From a virus: a DNA stretch of 64,000 nucleotides. The position numbers and the translations under genes are program-made. Within the stretch, counting starts at the first letter, position 1. Each line of letters starts with the position of its first letter. The stretch is taken from positions 1-64,000 of IMG/VR virus record IMGVR_UViG_3300045988_138690; one strand, given 5' to 3'. Below the pieces are notes generated by a model. It was given only the letters and a program-made list of their open reading frames with translations, made no database searches and was not told the DNA's origin. This document shows positions 52,821-61,436 of this stretch, piece by piece.

Positions 52821-52977
52821 TAAACAGATCAGAAAGGCATTGAAGAGCGACACCCCCATCAATAGCATGTACGCTCTTATCCCGGAGAGCAGGCGTGATG
52901 CTTTCAAACGTTTTGCCTCTTACTTTGGTTTTACAGAAAACAATATTAAATCCATTTTATCAAATGAGAAACGATAG
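52813..52977 (+). CDS. 54-aa hypothetical protein
   Basis: My translation is MRSKQIRKALKSDTPINSMYALIPESRRDAFKRFASYFGFTENNIKSILSNEKR. 8-nt overlap with the upstream stop. Confidence 0.4.
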   Translation: MRSKQIRKALKSDTPINSMYALIPESRRDAFKRFASYFGFTENNIKSILSNEKR

Positions 52978-52996
52978 GCTTGACATATTGATTGAA

Positions 52997-53035
52997 CAGA
53001 CGGAAGACATCCCACATTGGATGTTCTGCCGTCTG
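52997..53035. terminator. hairpin between the convergent late (+) and early (-) blocks
   Basis: CAGACGG 52997-53003 pairs with CCGTCTG 53029-53035, with an inner ACATCC/GGATGT helix. Confidence 0.55.
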
Positions 53036-53089
53036 ATGGCTGTATTGCAATGGAACGTTTAGAACGTGTTGAACGGTTTGTTCATTGGA

Positions 53090-53272
53090 TTATACCGCTT
53101 GCTGTTTTGGCGAGGGTTGTCTCTTTGTTGTTGTAACTGTCTTTCCCCATATCATCGCATTATACAACGAAGCGGCATATAGTTTAACTTCTTCCTTGCT
53201 ATCGAGGAATTCTACTTTTAACGCAGCTCTCATAGCTTCCGTGTAAAGGTTCTTGTCTATCTTATCTTCCAT
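53090..53272 (-). CDS. hypothetical protein
   Basis: ORF track 60 aa; last gene of the minus-strand block. Confidence 0.45.
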   Translation of the reverse strand: MEDKIDKNLYTEAMRAALKVEFLDSKEEVKLYAASLYNAMIWGKTVTTTKRQPSPKQQAV

Positions 53273-53392
53273 ATAAATGTTCTATTTTTTAAATAAATAT
53301 TGTTGTTGTCTCAAAAAATACGGGTGTTATAATTTCTTTTATGTTCTATTTTTAATAAAACACAAAACATCCTTACATATATGTTGATACAA

Positions 53393-53791
53393 TCACCTGC
53401 ATTTAACTTTAGTAAGCCCATATTTGGCAAGCTTCAGATATATTGTCCTGACGCTAACATTAAGCATTTCGGCTATTTTTCGGGGATGAATATTATCCTC
53501 TTTGTATAACTTGGTGATATTCTCTTCTGATAATGGGTCTATGAACGATTTATTAGGTTCATCTATTCCCAATCGCTTACGTGCCTTCCGGGCATATTCT
53601 TCGTTTTGCTTGTCTTTCGTTACGTAGATTACGGTAATTTTATTAAGGCGAAGAGGAACCAAGTTCTTTTCAAACTGTTTGCGCTTCTCTATCAGGTGTT
53701 CCGCATCCCCGTTGACCGTTGTGTCTATCTTCTTGTATTGTTCAGGCAGACGGGCGTGTCTGTCTCTTAGTTTCTTTTCGGTTGCTCTCAT
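53393..53791 (-). CDS. DNA-binding protein with a C-terminal HTH; candidate late-gene regulator by position
   Basis: IHPRKIAEMLNVSVRTIYLKLAKYGL is a resolvase/sigma region-4-type HTH. The start at 53791 forms an ATGA overlap with the upstream stop. Confidence 0.5.
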   Translation of the reverse strand: MRATEKKLRDRHARLPEQYKKIDTTVNGDAEHLIEKRKQFEKNLVPLRLNKITVIYVTKDKQNEEYARKARKRLGIDEPNKSFIDPLSEENITKLYKEDNIHPRKIAEMLNVSVRTIYLKLAKYGLTKVKCR

Positions 53792-54006
53792 GATTTTACT
53801 TCCACTTTTACCAAGTTCTGTACTTCTTCTTCCCAAACGTCTCCCTCATTGCCTTCAAAGTCGAGATAAACCGTATCTTTAGGGCTTGGATTGTTGAAAC
53901 TGGAAAGCAACCCTACTACCTGCATCGGTATTGAAAGTCGCTCTCCTTGTGGTGACGGGAGTTTTATTTTCACCCAGTCACCGATTCTTAAAGATGTTAT
54001 TTTCAT
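53788..54006 (-). CDS. hypothetical protein
   Basis: ORF track 72 aa. Confidence 0.55.
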   Translation of the reverse strand: MKITSLRIGDWVKIKLPSPQGERLSIPMQVVGLLSSFNNPSPKDTVYLDFEGNEGDVWEEEVQNLVKVEVKS

Positions 54007-54509
54007 TGATTTAATATCTTAATTGCTCGTTCGACATCATTTTCTGACAATCCTAAATAGGTATCAGTCTTGATAAAATGTTCTGCTTGTTCAAGAAGCA
54101 TATCGCTGTCATCGTCAAGTATCACGTAATTGAAATCAATTCCAATTTCTTTATAGTTCCAGTTTTTACCGTTGTCAGAGTGAATATGGGTATCAATCCA
54201 TTGCTTTATCTCAACTCCGCGAGGGATACCGAGATGAACACCTTGCATAACGTAGGCATACGCTTTTATAGTTACTCCAATAATCCTGTCAGCGTATGGA
54301 AATGGGAATGGTACTAATGGCCTTATAGTTGTCAATTCTCCTTTTGTATCTTCTACCGTATTTTTCCTCCACGATGAAGATATGATAATTTTAGCATCTG
54401 TCGCATCTATAATCTTCCCAAGTAAATCACACGCATCCTTATCAAGTGCATAATGAGACTTCTGCGTGGAAATAACTCCGTCTATATCAAGAAATATAAT
54501 TTTCATCAT
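54003..54509 (-). CDS. HAD-superfamily phosphatase-like protein (HAD_SAK-type)
   Basis: MMKIIFLDIDGVIS carries the DxDGV motif I. Also IIISSSWR and YVILDDDSD. Confidence 0.55.
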   Translation of the reverse strand: MMKIIFLDIDGVISTQKSHYALDKDACDLLGKIIDATDAKIIISSSWRKNTVEDTKGELTTIRPLVPFPFPYADRIIGVTIKAYAYVMQGVHLGIPRGVEIKQWIDTHIHSDNGKNWNYKEIGIDFNYVILDDDSDMLLEQAEHFIKTDTYLGLSENDVERAIKILNQ

Positions 54510-54607
54510 TTTATTATTCCAATTTTATGATACCACTTATCCGCATGGCTGAACCATCCAAGCATGAACGGTTTGCCGAAAACAGTTACTTTGTAGAGTT
54601 TACTCAT
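54506..54607 (-). CDS. 33-aa hypothetical peptide
   Basis: My translation is MSKLYKVTVFGKPFMLGWFSHADKWYHKIGIIK. Its stop overlaps the next ATG. Confidence 0.3.
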   Translation of the reverse strand: MSKLYKVTVFGKPFMLGWFSHADKWYHKIGIIK

Positions 54608-54663
54608 GTGTTAATTTGACTATTAAAATCGTTAATAAATTTCCTTACTTGTAGGCTAAAACC

Positions 54664-54794
54664 TATATTTGTACCGCATTTGATTTGGAGCATTAACACC
54701 TCCAACCCGGCGAACTGTCATTCGCCACCCCTCTTGTCCATTCTCCCTGAGAAAAGACATTTAAGCCCAATGTCCTGTAACTTTGGGCTTTTTT
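54664..54794 (+). ncRNA. candidate small RNA of about 115 nt, antisense-oriented island in a minus-strand block; the span includes its -7 box
   Basis: TATATTTG at 54664-54671. Hairpins GGAG-N9-CTCC and GGCGAA-N6-TTCGCC. Terminator AAGCCCAA 54763-54770 / TTGGGCTT 54783-54790 followed by T4. No ATG-initiated ORF. Confidence 0.35.
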
Positions 54795-54868
54795 AGTTGC
54801 ACTTGACAGGGTGCAGCTTAAAGCTTGCTAATACAGGTTAGTAGGCAAAACGGAGAGGAGGTGTTATT

Positions 54869-55003
54869 GTGAAAAATCAAATGCAAAATGAAAACGGCAA
54901 AACTCGTATTTTCTGTCGGTATATCATAAGGAACGGTAAGCGGATATATCCAAAACATTCCAAATACTTTTCTTTCTTGGTAGATAGTAAGAAAGTGGCG
55001 TAA
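54869..55003 (+). CDS. 44-aa basic peptide on the opposite strand to its neighbours
   Basis: GGAGAGGAGG lies 8 nt upstream of the GTG at 54869 (internal ATG at 54881). My translation is VKNQMQNENGKTRIFCRYIIRNGKRIYPKHSKYFSFLVDSKKVA. A terminator follows at 55015-55039. Confidence 0.3.
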   Translation: MKNQMQNENGKTRIFCRYIIRNGKRIYPKHSKYFSFLVDSKKVA

Positions 55004-55014
55004 TGCCGTTTTGA

Positions 55015-55039
55015 GGGGATGTACAGGCATCCCTTTTTT
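55015..55039 (+). terminator. intrinsic terminator, + strand
   Basis: GGGATG 55016-55021 pairs with CATCCC 55028-55033, followed by T6. Confidence 0.6.
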
Positions 55040-55298
55040 ACTCGTATATTTCTTTACTTTTCAGTTTATCAAGGAACTTTTCATCTCCCGAATAGTCGGC
55101 ACCGATAGCCTTTTTGCTTTCAACAATCTGTTCCAAAATGGTTATAGCTTCCTTTTTCACTTCTTCCACCTCGTTGTAACCGCAAGTATTGTCAATCAAT
55201 CTTTCGATGTTTGATTTAGGTTTAGAAATCTGCTCGTTGAGTTTATTCAATCTCCAGTAGCAGAAATCAATGGTAGCGATGTGTTCCAGTTTATTCAT
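55038..55298 (-). CDS. hypothetical protein
   Basis: ORF track 86 aa. Confidence 0.55.
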   Translation of the reverse strand: MNKLEHIATIDFCYWRLNKLNEQISKPKSNIERLIDNTCGYNEVEEVKKEAITILEQIVESKKAIGADYSGDEKFLDKLKSKEIYE

Positions 55299-55534
55299 TC
55301 CTTTTCAAATATTTCAATACATTTCTTAACTCCATCGTTAAAACCCTGCTTATATCCTCTTGCATGTTCTCCGGTAGTATATACCACCATTGACAGCCAA
55401 AATATAAGGATACATGCCACCTTATACCAACCGGGTAGTGAGATAGAAAACGGCTTTAATGTTATTGTAAGTTCGCCAACCCATAATAGACCTGTTATGA
55501 ATATAGCTGTAAATAAGATTGTTTTCATAGTCAA
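55295..55534 (-). CDS. small membrane protein (three TM-like segments)
   Basis: ORF track 79 aa; 4-nt overlaps on both sides. Confidence 0.55.
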   Translation of the reverse strand: MTMKTILFTAIFITGLLWVGELTITLKPFSISLPGWYKVACILIFWLSMVVYTTGEHARGYKQGFNDGVKKCIEIFEKE

Positions 55535-56112
55535 TATCTTTTTCCGTTCAACATAGGTCTTAATTCATTGTACAACATTTTCTGATTGACATGCCATAGC
55601 AAATCCATGTTCAAATGTTTGGCGAGACCAAAGATAGCCAGTAACATGTAATTTAACTGTTCTTCAAATGAACAACCATATTCATATTCGTATCGTATAG
55701 GGATTGTAGAGATAGCATATATGCTTTCTGTGAAGGTTTCACCATTGCAGCTTTCTGATAAATCATCTATTTCTTCTTCTGAAAATTCCTTGATATCTAT
55801 CTTACGCAGTCCGCACAAGTCAAGCAGGCGTATAACTGCATCGGCAAGTTCATCCTCGATGGTATCTTTGATATATCTATTGAATACGTTGATAAACTTT
55901 TCTTCATTTGTTAGCCACCCTTGACACTCGGTATATTCACCGATCTTATGCTTTTCTTTATCAAAGTGTCTACTTTTTCTGTCCGATTCCACAGCTTCCA
56001 TAAGCTCTGAAATGATAAGACAAAGGTGGTGTTCGTTACTCAATTCTCTGTCGTGGAAACCGTGCTCGCAGGCGGTCTTATAAGCGCGATCGCGTAGTTC
56101 ATTTAAATTCAT
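55531..56112 (-). CDS. MazG-like nucleotide pyrophosphohydrolase
   Basis: LIISELMEAVESDR and EDELADAVIRLLDLCG match the paired acidic helices of MazG-type NTP-PPases. Confidence 0.5.
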   Translation of the reverse strand: MNLNELRDRAYKTACEHGFHDRELSNEHHLCLIISELMEAVESDRKSRHFDKEKHKIGEYTECQGWLTNEEKFINVFNRYIKDTIEDELADAVIRLLDLCGLRKIDIKEFSEEEIDDLSESCNGETFTESIYAISTIPIRYEYEYGCSFEEQLNYMLLAIFGLAKHLNMDLLWHVNQKMLYNELRPMLNGKRY

Positions 56113-56182
56113 GTTTTATATTATTTAAATTATCTAACTCTTGTTTAATTAACTTGTCTATTTTATCGGCTTTCTCATACCG

Positions 56183-56395
56183 TTATTCTTCAACCAGCTT
56201 ACTTTTCAGCCATTGAAGCTGATTCATATAAATAACATCATCACGGTCTGAAACCCTACGGGTGTATTCCCTTATCTCATTCAGCTTGTCCTCCATGCGC
56301 CTATGCCATCTGCTTACCATGATTAGGACAAATCCTAATGCAATGGCATTGAATAAAGAGATGGAGACTTTAATTATCAGTTCCACGGTTTCCAT
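56183..56395 (-). CDS. small membrane protein
   Basis: ORF track 70 aa; N-terminal TM segment. Confidence 0.5.
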   Translation of the reverse strand: METVELIIKVSISLFNAIALGFVLIMVSRWHRRMEDKLNEIREYTRRVSDRDDVIYMNQLQWLKSKLVEE

Positions 56396-56403
56396 AATAA
56401 ATT

Positions 56404-57099
56404 TTAATCAATCAGTTCAAATTCGTAAACGAAGACATAGGGATTCGATTTCCATGTACCCTTGCAGGATATTCTGTCTATCAAAGCGGCAAATGCTTCT
56501 TGTGGTGTGTTCCCCGATAAATGCAATACTCTGCCTGATTTGCACCTGTATGTGACGATATAGTAGTTCAGTTCTTTCTTTTTTCCGTCAGCTATAATAG
56601 CATACGATTTCATTGTTTTTACACCTTCCTTGAAACAATCTTCATCGCTAATATTCTGTAGCTTTTCTATCTTAACGTCTGTAATGCGAACATGGTGGGG
56701 CATGAGGTCAGCGCGGACAAACATTTTATTTTTCCAGCCGGGTGCGAATTTGGTTTTAGTATAAAATCCTATTCCGTCCTTATCATTAAGTGCGATTTCG
56801 GGATTCATCCCTAAACTTTCATAACTTTGCGCAATGGCAACAACTTCACCGACTTTGTATTTTGGAATATTCCAACCCGTAAAGTCTCCTTTGTCGTTTT
56901 TCCAACCAAAAGCATAATTTAATGGAGATACTATGTTCCCGTCATTATCGTAATCATTTGGTTCAAAAACGGGGAATACAATATCATAAGTTTCATTTGG
57001 TCTGTCATACTTGCAGACCCTTCTCGTCATAGTCTTCCGACCATCCAATACGGCTTGGGTTAAACCGTATTTATCATTAAACATTATTTTCTTAGCCAT
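56404..57099 (-). CDS. ASCH-like domain protein
   Basis: The N-terminus FNDKYGLTQAVLDGRKTMTRRV is the common ASCH/PUA-like opening motif. Confidence 0.4.
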   Translation of the reverse strand: MAKKIMFNDKYGLTQAVLDGRKTMTRRVCKYDRPNETYDIVFPVFEPNDYDNDGNIVSPLNYAFGWKNDKGDFTGWNIPKYKVGEVVAIAQSYESLGMNPEIALNDKDGIGFYTKTKFAPGWKNKMFVRADLMPHHVRITDVKIEKLQNISDEDCFKEGVKTMKSYAIIADGKKKELNYYIVTYRCKSGRVLHLSGNTPQEAFAALIDRISCKGTWKSNPYVFVYEFELID

Positions 57100-57100
57100 A

Positions 57101-57550
57101 TCATATAAGTTTTAACGCTTCTTGCAAACCTGCTTCAAGTGCTTCCTCGTAGGTACCCCATTTCCCTCCATCGTTTGTTCTTTTATAAGTAGAACAGGCT
57201 ATATGAGTTCCATTGTCAGCTTTAGATATTTCGTATCCATAGCCATAGCCATAAGCACAGTTATATACACATATATGCAGGTTCTTGGTTTCACGCAGCC
57301 ACTTTTGAGCGACAGACTGAGGAGGAGATGATATTAAATAGGTTGATAAATTACAATGAAGGCAAGTGCCGTTACAGAAGAGATACTTCTCACATAATTC
57401 TGGAACAGGCAATGTGTTGTAATACATTTTAATCCTATCGCCATCTTTATACAATGTACCATCGTTTTTATAAGCGTATAATGTTCTTTCATCAAATCCT
57501 TTTTCTTTCAGCAGCTTCGCTGTCTCTAATGTTACAAGTTCTTCGGTCAT
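57101..57550 (-). CDS. hypothetical protein
   Basis: ORF track 149 aa. Confidence 0.6.
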   Translation of the reverse strand: MTEELVTLETAKLLKEKGFDERTLYAYKNDGTLYKDGDRIKMYYNTLPVPELCEKYLFCNGTCLHCNLSTYLISSPPQSVAQKWLRETKNLHICVYNCAYGYGYGYEISKADNGTHIACSTYKRTNDGGKWGTYEEALEAGLQEALKLI

Positions 57551-57552
57551 AG

Positions 57553-57984
57553 TTATTCCTCCATTTCTTTAAAGTGTTCAATCAGTTCGTTTACGGAAGC
57601 CTTATGCCATTTAAGAGATACTTCTAATATACTGTCATAGTCTTTATTATAAACCCAAACTCCTTCAGGTGAAATAAACCATTGAAACTTATCGGTATCA
57701 TCCCTCAATGCAGAGATAGCTAAGAAAAGTTCTTCGTTGGTTCCGCAATCAATTCTTCCTTCTTTGGTGATAGTATCTGCATCATATACCACTCCATATA
57801 AATTACCATAAGACGTTGTGATAGCCTTTCCCTCTTCGATACTTTTATGACTTCCCTTGCCGTCATAATTATGTGCATCTAAAGTTGCATCACCAAAATT
57901 AAGAATTTCATATCCCAATTTTTCCAGCTTCTTCCGAAGTTCCTGTGTATTTTTGAGTATAAAGCACGGTGTTGTAAATTTCAT
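57553..57984 (-). CDS. hypothetical protein
   Basis: ORF track 143 aa. Confidence 0.6.
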   Translation of the reverse strand: MKFTTPCFILKNTQELRKKLEKLGYEILNFGDATLDAHNYDGKGSHKSIEEGKAITTSYGNLYGVVYDADTITKEGRIDCGTNEELFLAISALRDDTDKFQWFISPEGVWVYNKDYDSILEVSLKWHKASVNELIEHFKEMEE

Positions 57985-57993
57985 AATTCCTCC

Positions 57994-58218
57994 TTATTTA
58001 TTTTTGATTATTTCTCCAACATTTTTAGGTGTTTCACGACAAGATGTAATAGTCACTTTGCCACGATTGATAAAACAGCTACAGTCAAACAAATCCATAC
58101 ATACTTGGTAATCCATCTCTTCACATTTCTCGTGTAGAGAGCATAAATCGCAACAAGTATATTGATGCACTGCTTCATGCAGTACTCCGTCTATTATTAT
58201 TCCGTTCTTTATTTCCAT
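57994..58218 (-). CDS. Cys-rich small protein
   Basis: ORF track 74 aa; CCDLCSLHEKC ... CSCF. Confidence 0.5.
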   Translation of the reverse strand: MEIKNGIIIDGVLHEAVHQYTCCDLCSLHEKCEEMDYQVCMDLFDCSCFINRGKVTITSCRETPKNVGEIIKNK

Positions 58219-58220
58219 CG

Positions 58221-58532
58221 TTATTCTCCTTTCAGTTTCTTTATTAGTGCATCAGCGAAACCAATACTCCATTCTGCCACCATATTTGAATCAGCATCCA
58301 TTATCTGTTGATGTGAATTACCACAAAATCCTTGCATAGCAGATTTAGCCAGTTCATAACGTCTTTGTTCCCAATCAATTACTAAATTCCCAACATTCAA
58401 AAAGTCTAGTTCGTATTCTCTGAAAACCATATTATCGCATACATATAGGTTATCTCCGCTATGTTGCGCGTTGATATTTACTTTTGGAATTACATCTATC
58501 GTAACTCCGGTTGCTCTCACTCTTGCTTTCAT
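58221..58532 (-). CDS. hypothetical protein
   Basis: ORF track 103 aa. Confidence 0.55.
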   Translation of the reverse strand: MKARVRATGVTIDVIPKVNINAQHSGDNLYVCDNMVFREYELDFLNVGNLVIDWEQRRYELAKSAMQGFCGNSHQQIMDADSNMVAEWSIGFADALIKKLKGE

Positions 58533-58939
58533 TATTCACCCTCCTTTTTAATATATCCATTTTCAATACACCAGCACAGCATATAGTAGGATGCGTCAAT
58601 GAGTTCTTTACTCTCTGTCATATTTAATATAGAACGTGAATAAGGTTCCATATATAAACATGTATAGCTATTTTCAAGCTTCTGTAAGGTTAGTACATGT
58701 GTGCCAATAAAACAAGGCTGCTTGTCTAAAATGTCCTGCAAGGTGTAAGCTGGATATTCATGTTTCATATTTGACTGACTTACAAAAATGTAAGGTTCTT
58801 CCTCTATTTCATCAGTTCCATTGATTATAGCATCGGCAGTAGGTAAATACTGCCAGTGCATACTTGCATCGCTCGTATCTAAAGAGAGTTCCTGCAAGTG
58901 CTTCATCTGATCTATTGATAATACTTGTTTTGATTTCAT
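58532..58939 (-). CDS. hypothetical protein (start moved to MKSKQVLS)
   Basis: The internal ATG at 58939 forms an ATGA overlap with the small TM ORF 58936..59082. Confidence 0.55.
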   Translation of the reverse strand: MKSKQVLSIDQMKHLQELSLDTSDASMHWQYLPTADAIINGTDEIEEEPYIFVSQSNMKHEYPAYTLQDILDKQPCFIGTHVLTLQKLENSYTCLYMEPYSRSILNMTESKELIDASYYMLCWCIENGYIKKEGE

Positions 58940-59082
58940 AATTCGTAAGATAAAATTACAGCCGTTAATGCAATGAAAATGATTGCTACTATCAAGAAGA
59001 TAGATAGACATCCCTTTTCGTATTCTTCATCTTCCGATGGTGTGTTTTCGTTATACCAATCTAATGGATGCTTTAATTTCAT
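58936..59082 (-). CDS. 48-aa tail-anchored membrane peptide
   Basis: My translation is MKLKHPLDWYNENTPSEDEEYEKGCLSIFLIVAIIFIALTAVILSYEL. It starts 2 nt after the upstream stop. Confidence 0.4.
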   Translation of the reverse strand: MKLKHPLDWYNENTPSEDEEYEKGCLSIFLIVAIIFIALTAVILSYEL

Positions 59083-59084
59083 AT

Positions 59085-59270
59085 CTAATCTCCTTTCTCC
59101 TCAATATATTTTTCTGTAAACTTGATAATTGTCTCTAAGAAAATACGGGTTGCATTATCAGATATAATACATCTACCACCGCTGTTCCCAATCTCATGCC
59201 TTTGGATTGAAAAGAACGCATACTCCTTTTTAGTGAGCGCGTACCATGCTACTTTTATTCGTTCAATCAT
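59085..59270 (-). CDS. hypothetical protein
   Basis: ORF track 61 aa. Confidence 0.5.
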   Translation of the reverse strand: MIERIKVAWYALTKKEYAFFSIQRHEIGNSGGRCIISDNATRIFLETIIKFTEKYIEEKGD

Positions 59271-59273
59271 GTG

Positions 59274-59636
59274 TTAATCTCCTTTTTCTTTAATCCGTTC
59301 CAGTACATCCTTGTTGGTTTCAAGTATCTCATCAAAAGAGGGAATGGGCATCCAGGCAATTTCTTCATAATACATAGCTAATTTTGTTGCCCAATCTCCA
59401 TTTTCATAGTAATTTTCCGATATAAAATATCCACCATTATGTTTCATCCTATTAAGAACTAATACTTTATTTTTAGTTTCCGGCAACCGTTCCTTAACGC
59501 TTATCCAAGGGGATTGCTTTGCCTGCCATTCGACACCAGCTTTGAAGTCTTTTTCGCTTTGCCACATATCTGGTTGAGAGTTCCATGCCCATTGCGAAGA
59601 GTACTCTCTTGCCGCTTCTTCTAATGTCTGTTTCAT
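59274..59636 (-). CDS. DUF551-like protein
   Basis: WISVKERLPETKNKVLVLN is the hallmark W-I-S-V-x-D/E-x-L-P motif. ATG at 59636. Confidence 0.5.
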   Translation of the reverse strand: MKQTLEEAAREYSSQWAWNSQPDMWQSEKDFKAGVEWQAKQSPWISVKERLPETKNKVLVLNRMKHNGGYFISENYYENGDWATKLAMYYEEIAWMPIPSFDEILETNKDVLERIKEKGD

Positions 59637-59638
59637 AA

Positions 59639-59797
59639 TCAATTATCTTCTACTATTACAGTTTCTATCCTTTCATGTTTAGGGTTGTTACCTTTTAATA
59701 GGTCTCTTTTTATCCTATCGGCAATACGTTCATTACAAATGGTATTCTTATCCTCGTAATCGTAAGAAATTATAATGGTTATTTTCTTCTGTTTCAT
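59639..59797 (-). CDS. 52-aa hypothetical protein
   Basis: My translation is MKQKKITIIISYDYEDKNTICNERIADRIKRDLLKGNNPKHERIETVIVEDN. Confidence 0.35.
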   Translation of the reverse strand: MKQKKITIIISYDYEDKNTICNERIADRIKRDLLKGNNPKHERIETVIVEDN

Positions 59798-60137
59798 AGC
59801 TTATTTCTTTTTCTTGATTTAACCTTAATAGGATTACTCTTTGTTCCGGTACCGAACCACTCCAAACGGTAGCCATGTATCCGGAGCCAATATTTAAAAT
59901 ATGATATAGTTGTTTGTTTTATAAAAAAATTGTTTTAATAAGAGCACACCCGAATAATGATAAAGTGTCGAATTTTAAAATTATTGCAGAAATGGATGTG
60001 CCCTTTGATTATTATTAGTTTAATTTATTCGTACATACTTACCTGCTATATCACACGCTTTCAGCACTTCTGCATTTTCTTCTCCAAAAACGATAAAATA
60101 ATCTATTTTTAGATTTTAGGTTCATTTCTGTATTGAA

Positions 60138-60893
60138 TTATACAAATAATGATTGTTGCACACGTGATAACACTAATCTATTAGCTTCACGAAAAAAATC
60201 TTTTTTAATTTCAAATCCGTATGCTTTACGCCCCAACTGAGCGGCAGCCAACAAAGTAGAGCCACTTCCTGCACATGGGTCAATCACTACATCTCCTTTA
60301 TCGGTGAATATCTCTATCAGTCTACGAAGCAAGGGAACCGGCTTCTGTGTCGGATGTATTTTGGGAGTTTCATTATCCCTTACCCAGTCGAAGCAGTTAA
60401 ATATCATCCGCCCGTCATTGTTGAACTTGGGCAACTTATCTCGGTATAACAGCAAGCCATATTCACAATTACCGACAATTTTCATATTAGCCTTTAATAC
60501 CTGCGCGGAAAAATCCTTTCGGAAAACAAGGTTAATGTAGTTATTTAACCCGTATCTCTTGCCAAGTTCAATATATCTAAACTGATCCTCAAACTCACAA
60601 AAAATAATCATGCAAGGTGCTTTGCCTTTTTCTTTTGGCTCTTTTACCAGCATTTGGCTACAGAAGTGAATAAACTCTGCCGGACGGAAATCTTTGTCCG
60701 TATCGAAAAACTCTTTTCCGGCTTTATCGCTCTCACCGTTCTTATTATCTCCATCTACATACCATGATGGGTTAGAGGCATAGGCATTATTTCCAAGATT
60801 GTAGGGAACATCGGCTATAATAAGCTGGGCTTTGGGTATTTGATACCTTTTGAAATTTTGGAAGTGATCATTATATAATTCTATGTCTTTCAT
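60138..60893 (-). CDS. orphan DNA methyltransferase, beta-class N6A/N4C type
   Basis: Motif IV IIADVPYN lies N-terminal and motif I VIDPCAGSGSTLLAAAQLG lies C-terminal. No adjacent endonuclease gene. Confidence 0.8.
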   Translation of the reverse strand: MKDIELYNDHFQNFKRYQIPKAQLIIADVPYNLGNNAYASNPSWYVDGDNKNGESDKAGKEFFDTDKDFRPAEFIHFCSQMLVKEPKEKGKAPCMIIFCEFEDQFRYIELGKRYGLNNYINLVFRKDFSAQVLKANMKIVGNCEYGLLLYRDKLPKFNNDGRMIFNCFDWVRDNETPKIHPTQKPVPLLRRLIEIFTDKGDVVIDPCAGSGSTLLAAAQLGRKAYGFEIKKDFFREANRLVLSRVQQSLFV

Positions 60894-61234
60894 GGCTTCA
60901 CCTCCTTCGGTTTCCAGTCAGCAGACAACTTCGCCCATACGCGGAACTTGCTGTCAAAATCATCCAAATCCCTGAACATATCCATCTTTGACTTGTCGGT
61001 TTCAACAAGAGATGCAAATTCCCTGAAATACATGTCAGCGCTCCTGACAAAATTATTGTGAAGTCTCTTCAGGTTCCCAAGGAGCAATCCCTTGGATTTC
61101 ATTAGGTCTGACGCTTCCTCCGACAACATATTAGCTTCACAGTTCAAGATGTGCGCTGCCGAAAGAAGGCTGTTCAGACGGTTCATGCTGCCATCAGCTT
61201 CGGCAGCTTGTATCAAATCTTTCTTTGGTTTCAT
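60890..61234 (-). CDS. hypothetical protein
   Basis: ORF track 114 aa; 4-nt overlap with the methyltransferase gene. Confidence 0.55.
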   Translation of the reverse strand: MKPKKDLIQAAEADGSMNRLNSLLSAAHILNCEANMLSEEASDLMKSKGLLLGNLKRLHNNFVRSADMYFREFASLVETDKSKMDMFRDLDDFDSKFRVWAKLSADWKPKEVKP

Positions 61235-61247
61235 AATCGTGTATAAA

Positions 61248-61436
61248 TTACTTTTTTCTTATCTGTAAAAATCCGCGTTTCTCACATTCACGCAGCAACT
61301 CCATATCTTCGTCCTTTATATCACATGGTGTTTCATGGTTGACGCTCATATAGTCTGATATCCCGAATTTTCGGCATATATCGTGATAGAAACGTTTGTT
61401 TCGGCCTCTTGCAGTCCAACATACTGTTAGCTTCAT
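61248..61436 (-). CDS. hypothetical protein
   Basis: ORF track 62 aa. Confidence 0.5.
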   Translation of the reverse strand: MKLTVCWTARGRNKRFYHDICRKFGISDYMSVNHETPCDIKDEDMELLRECEKRGFLQIRKK

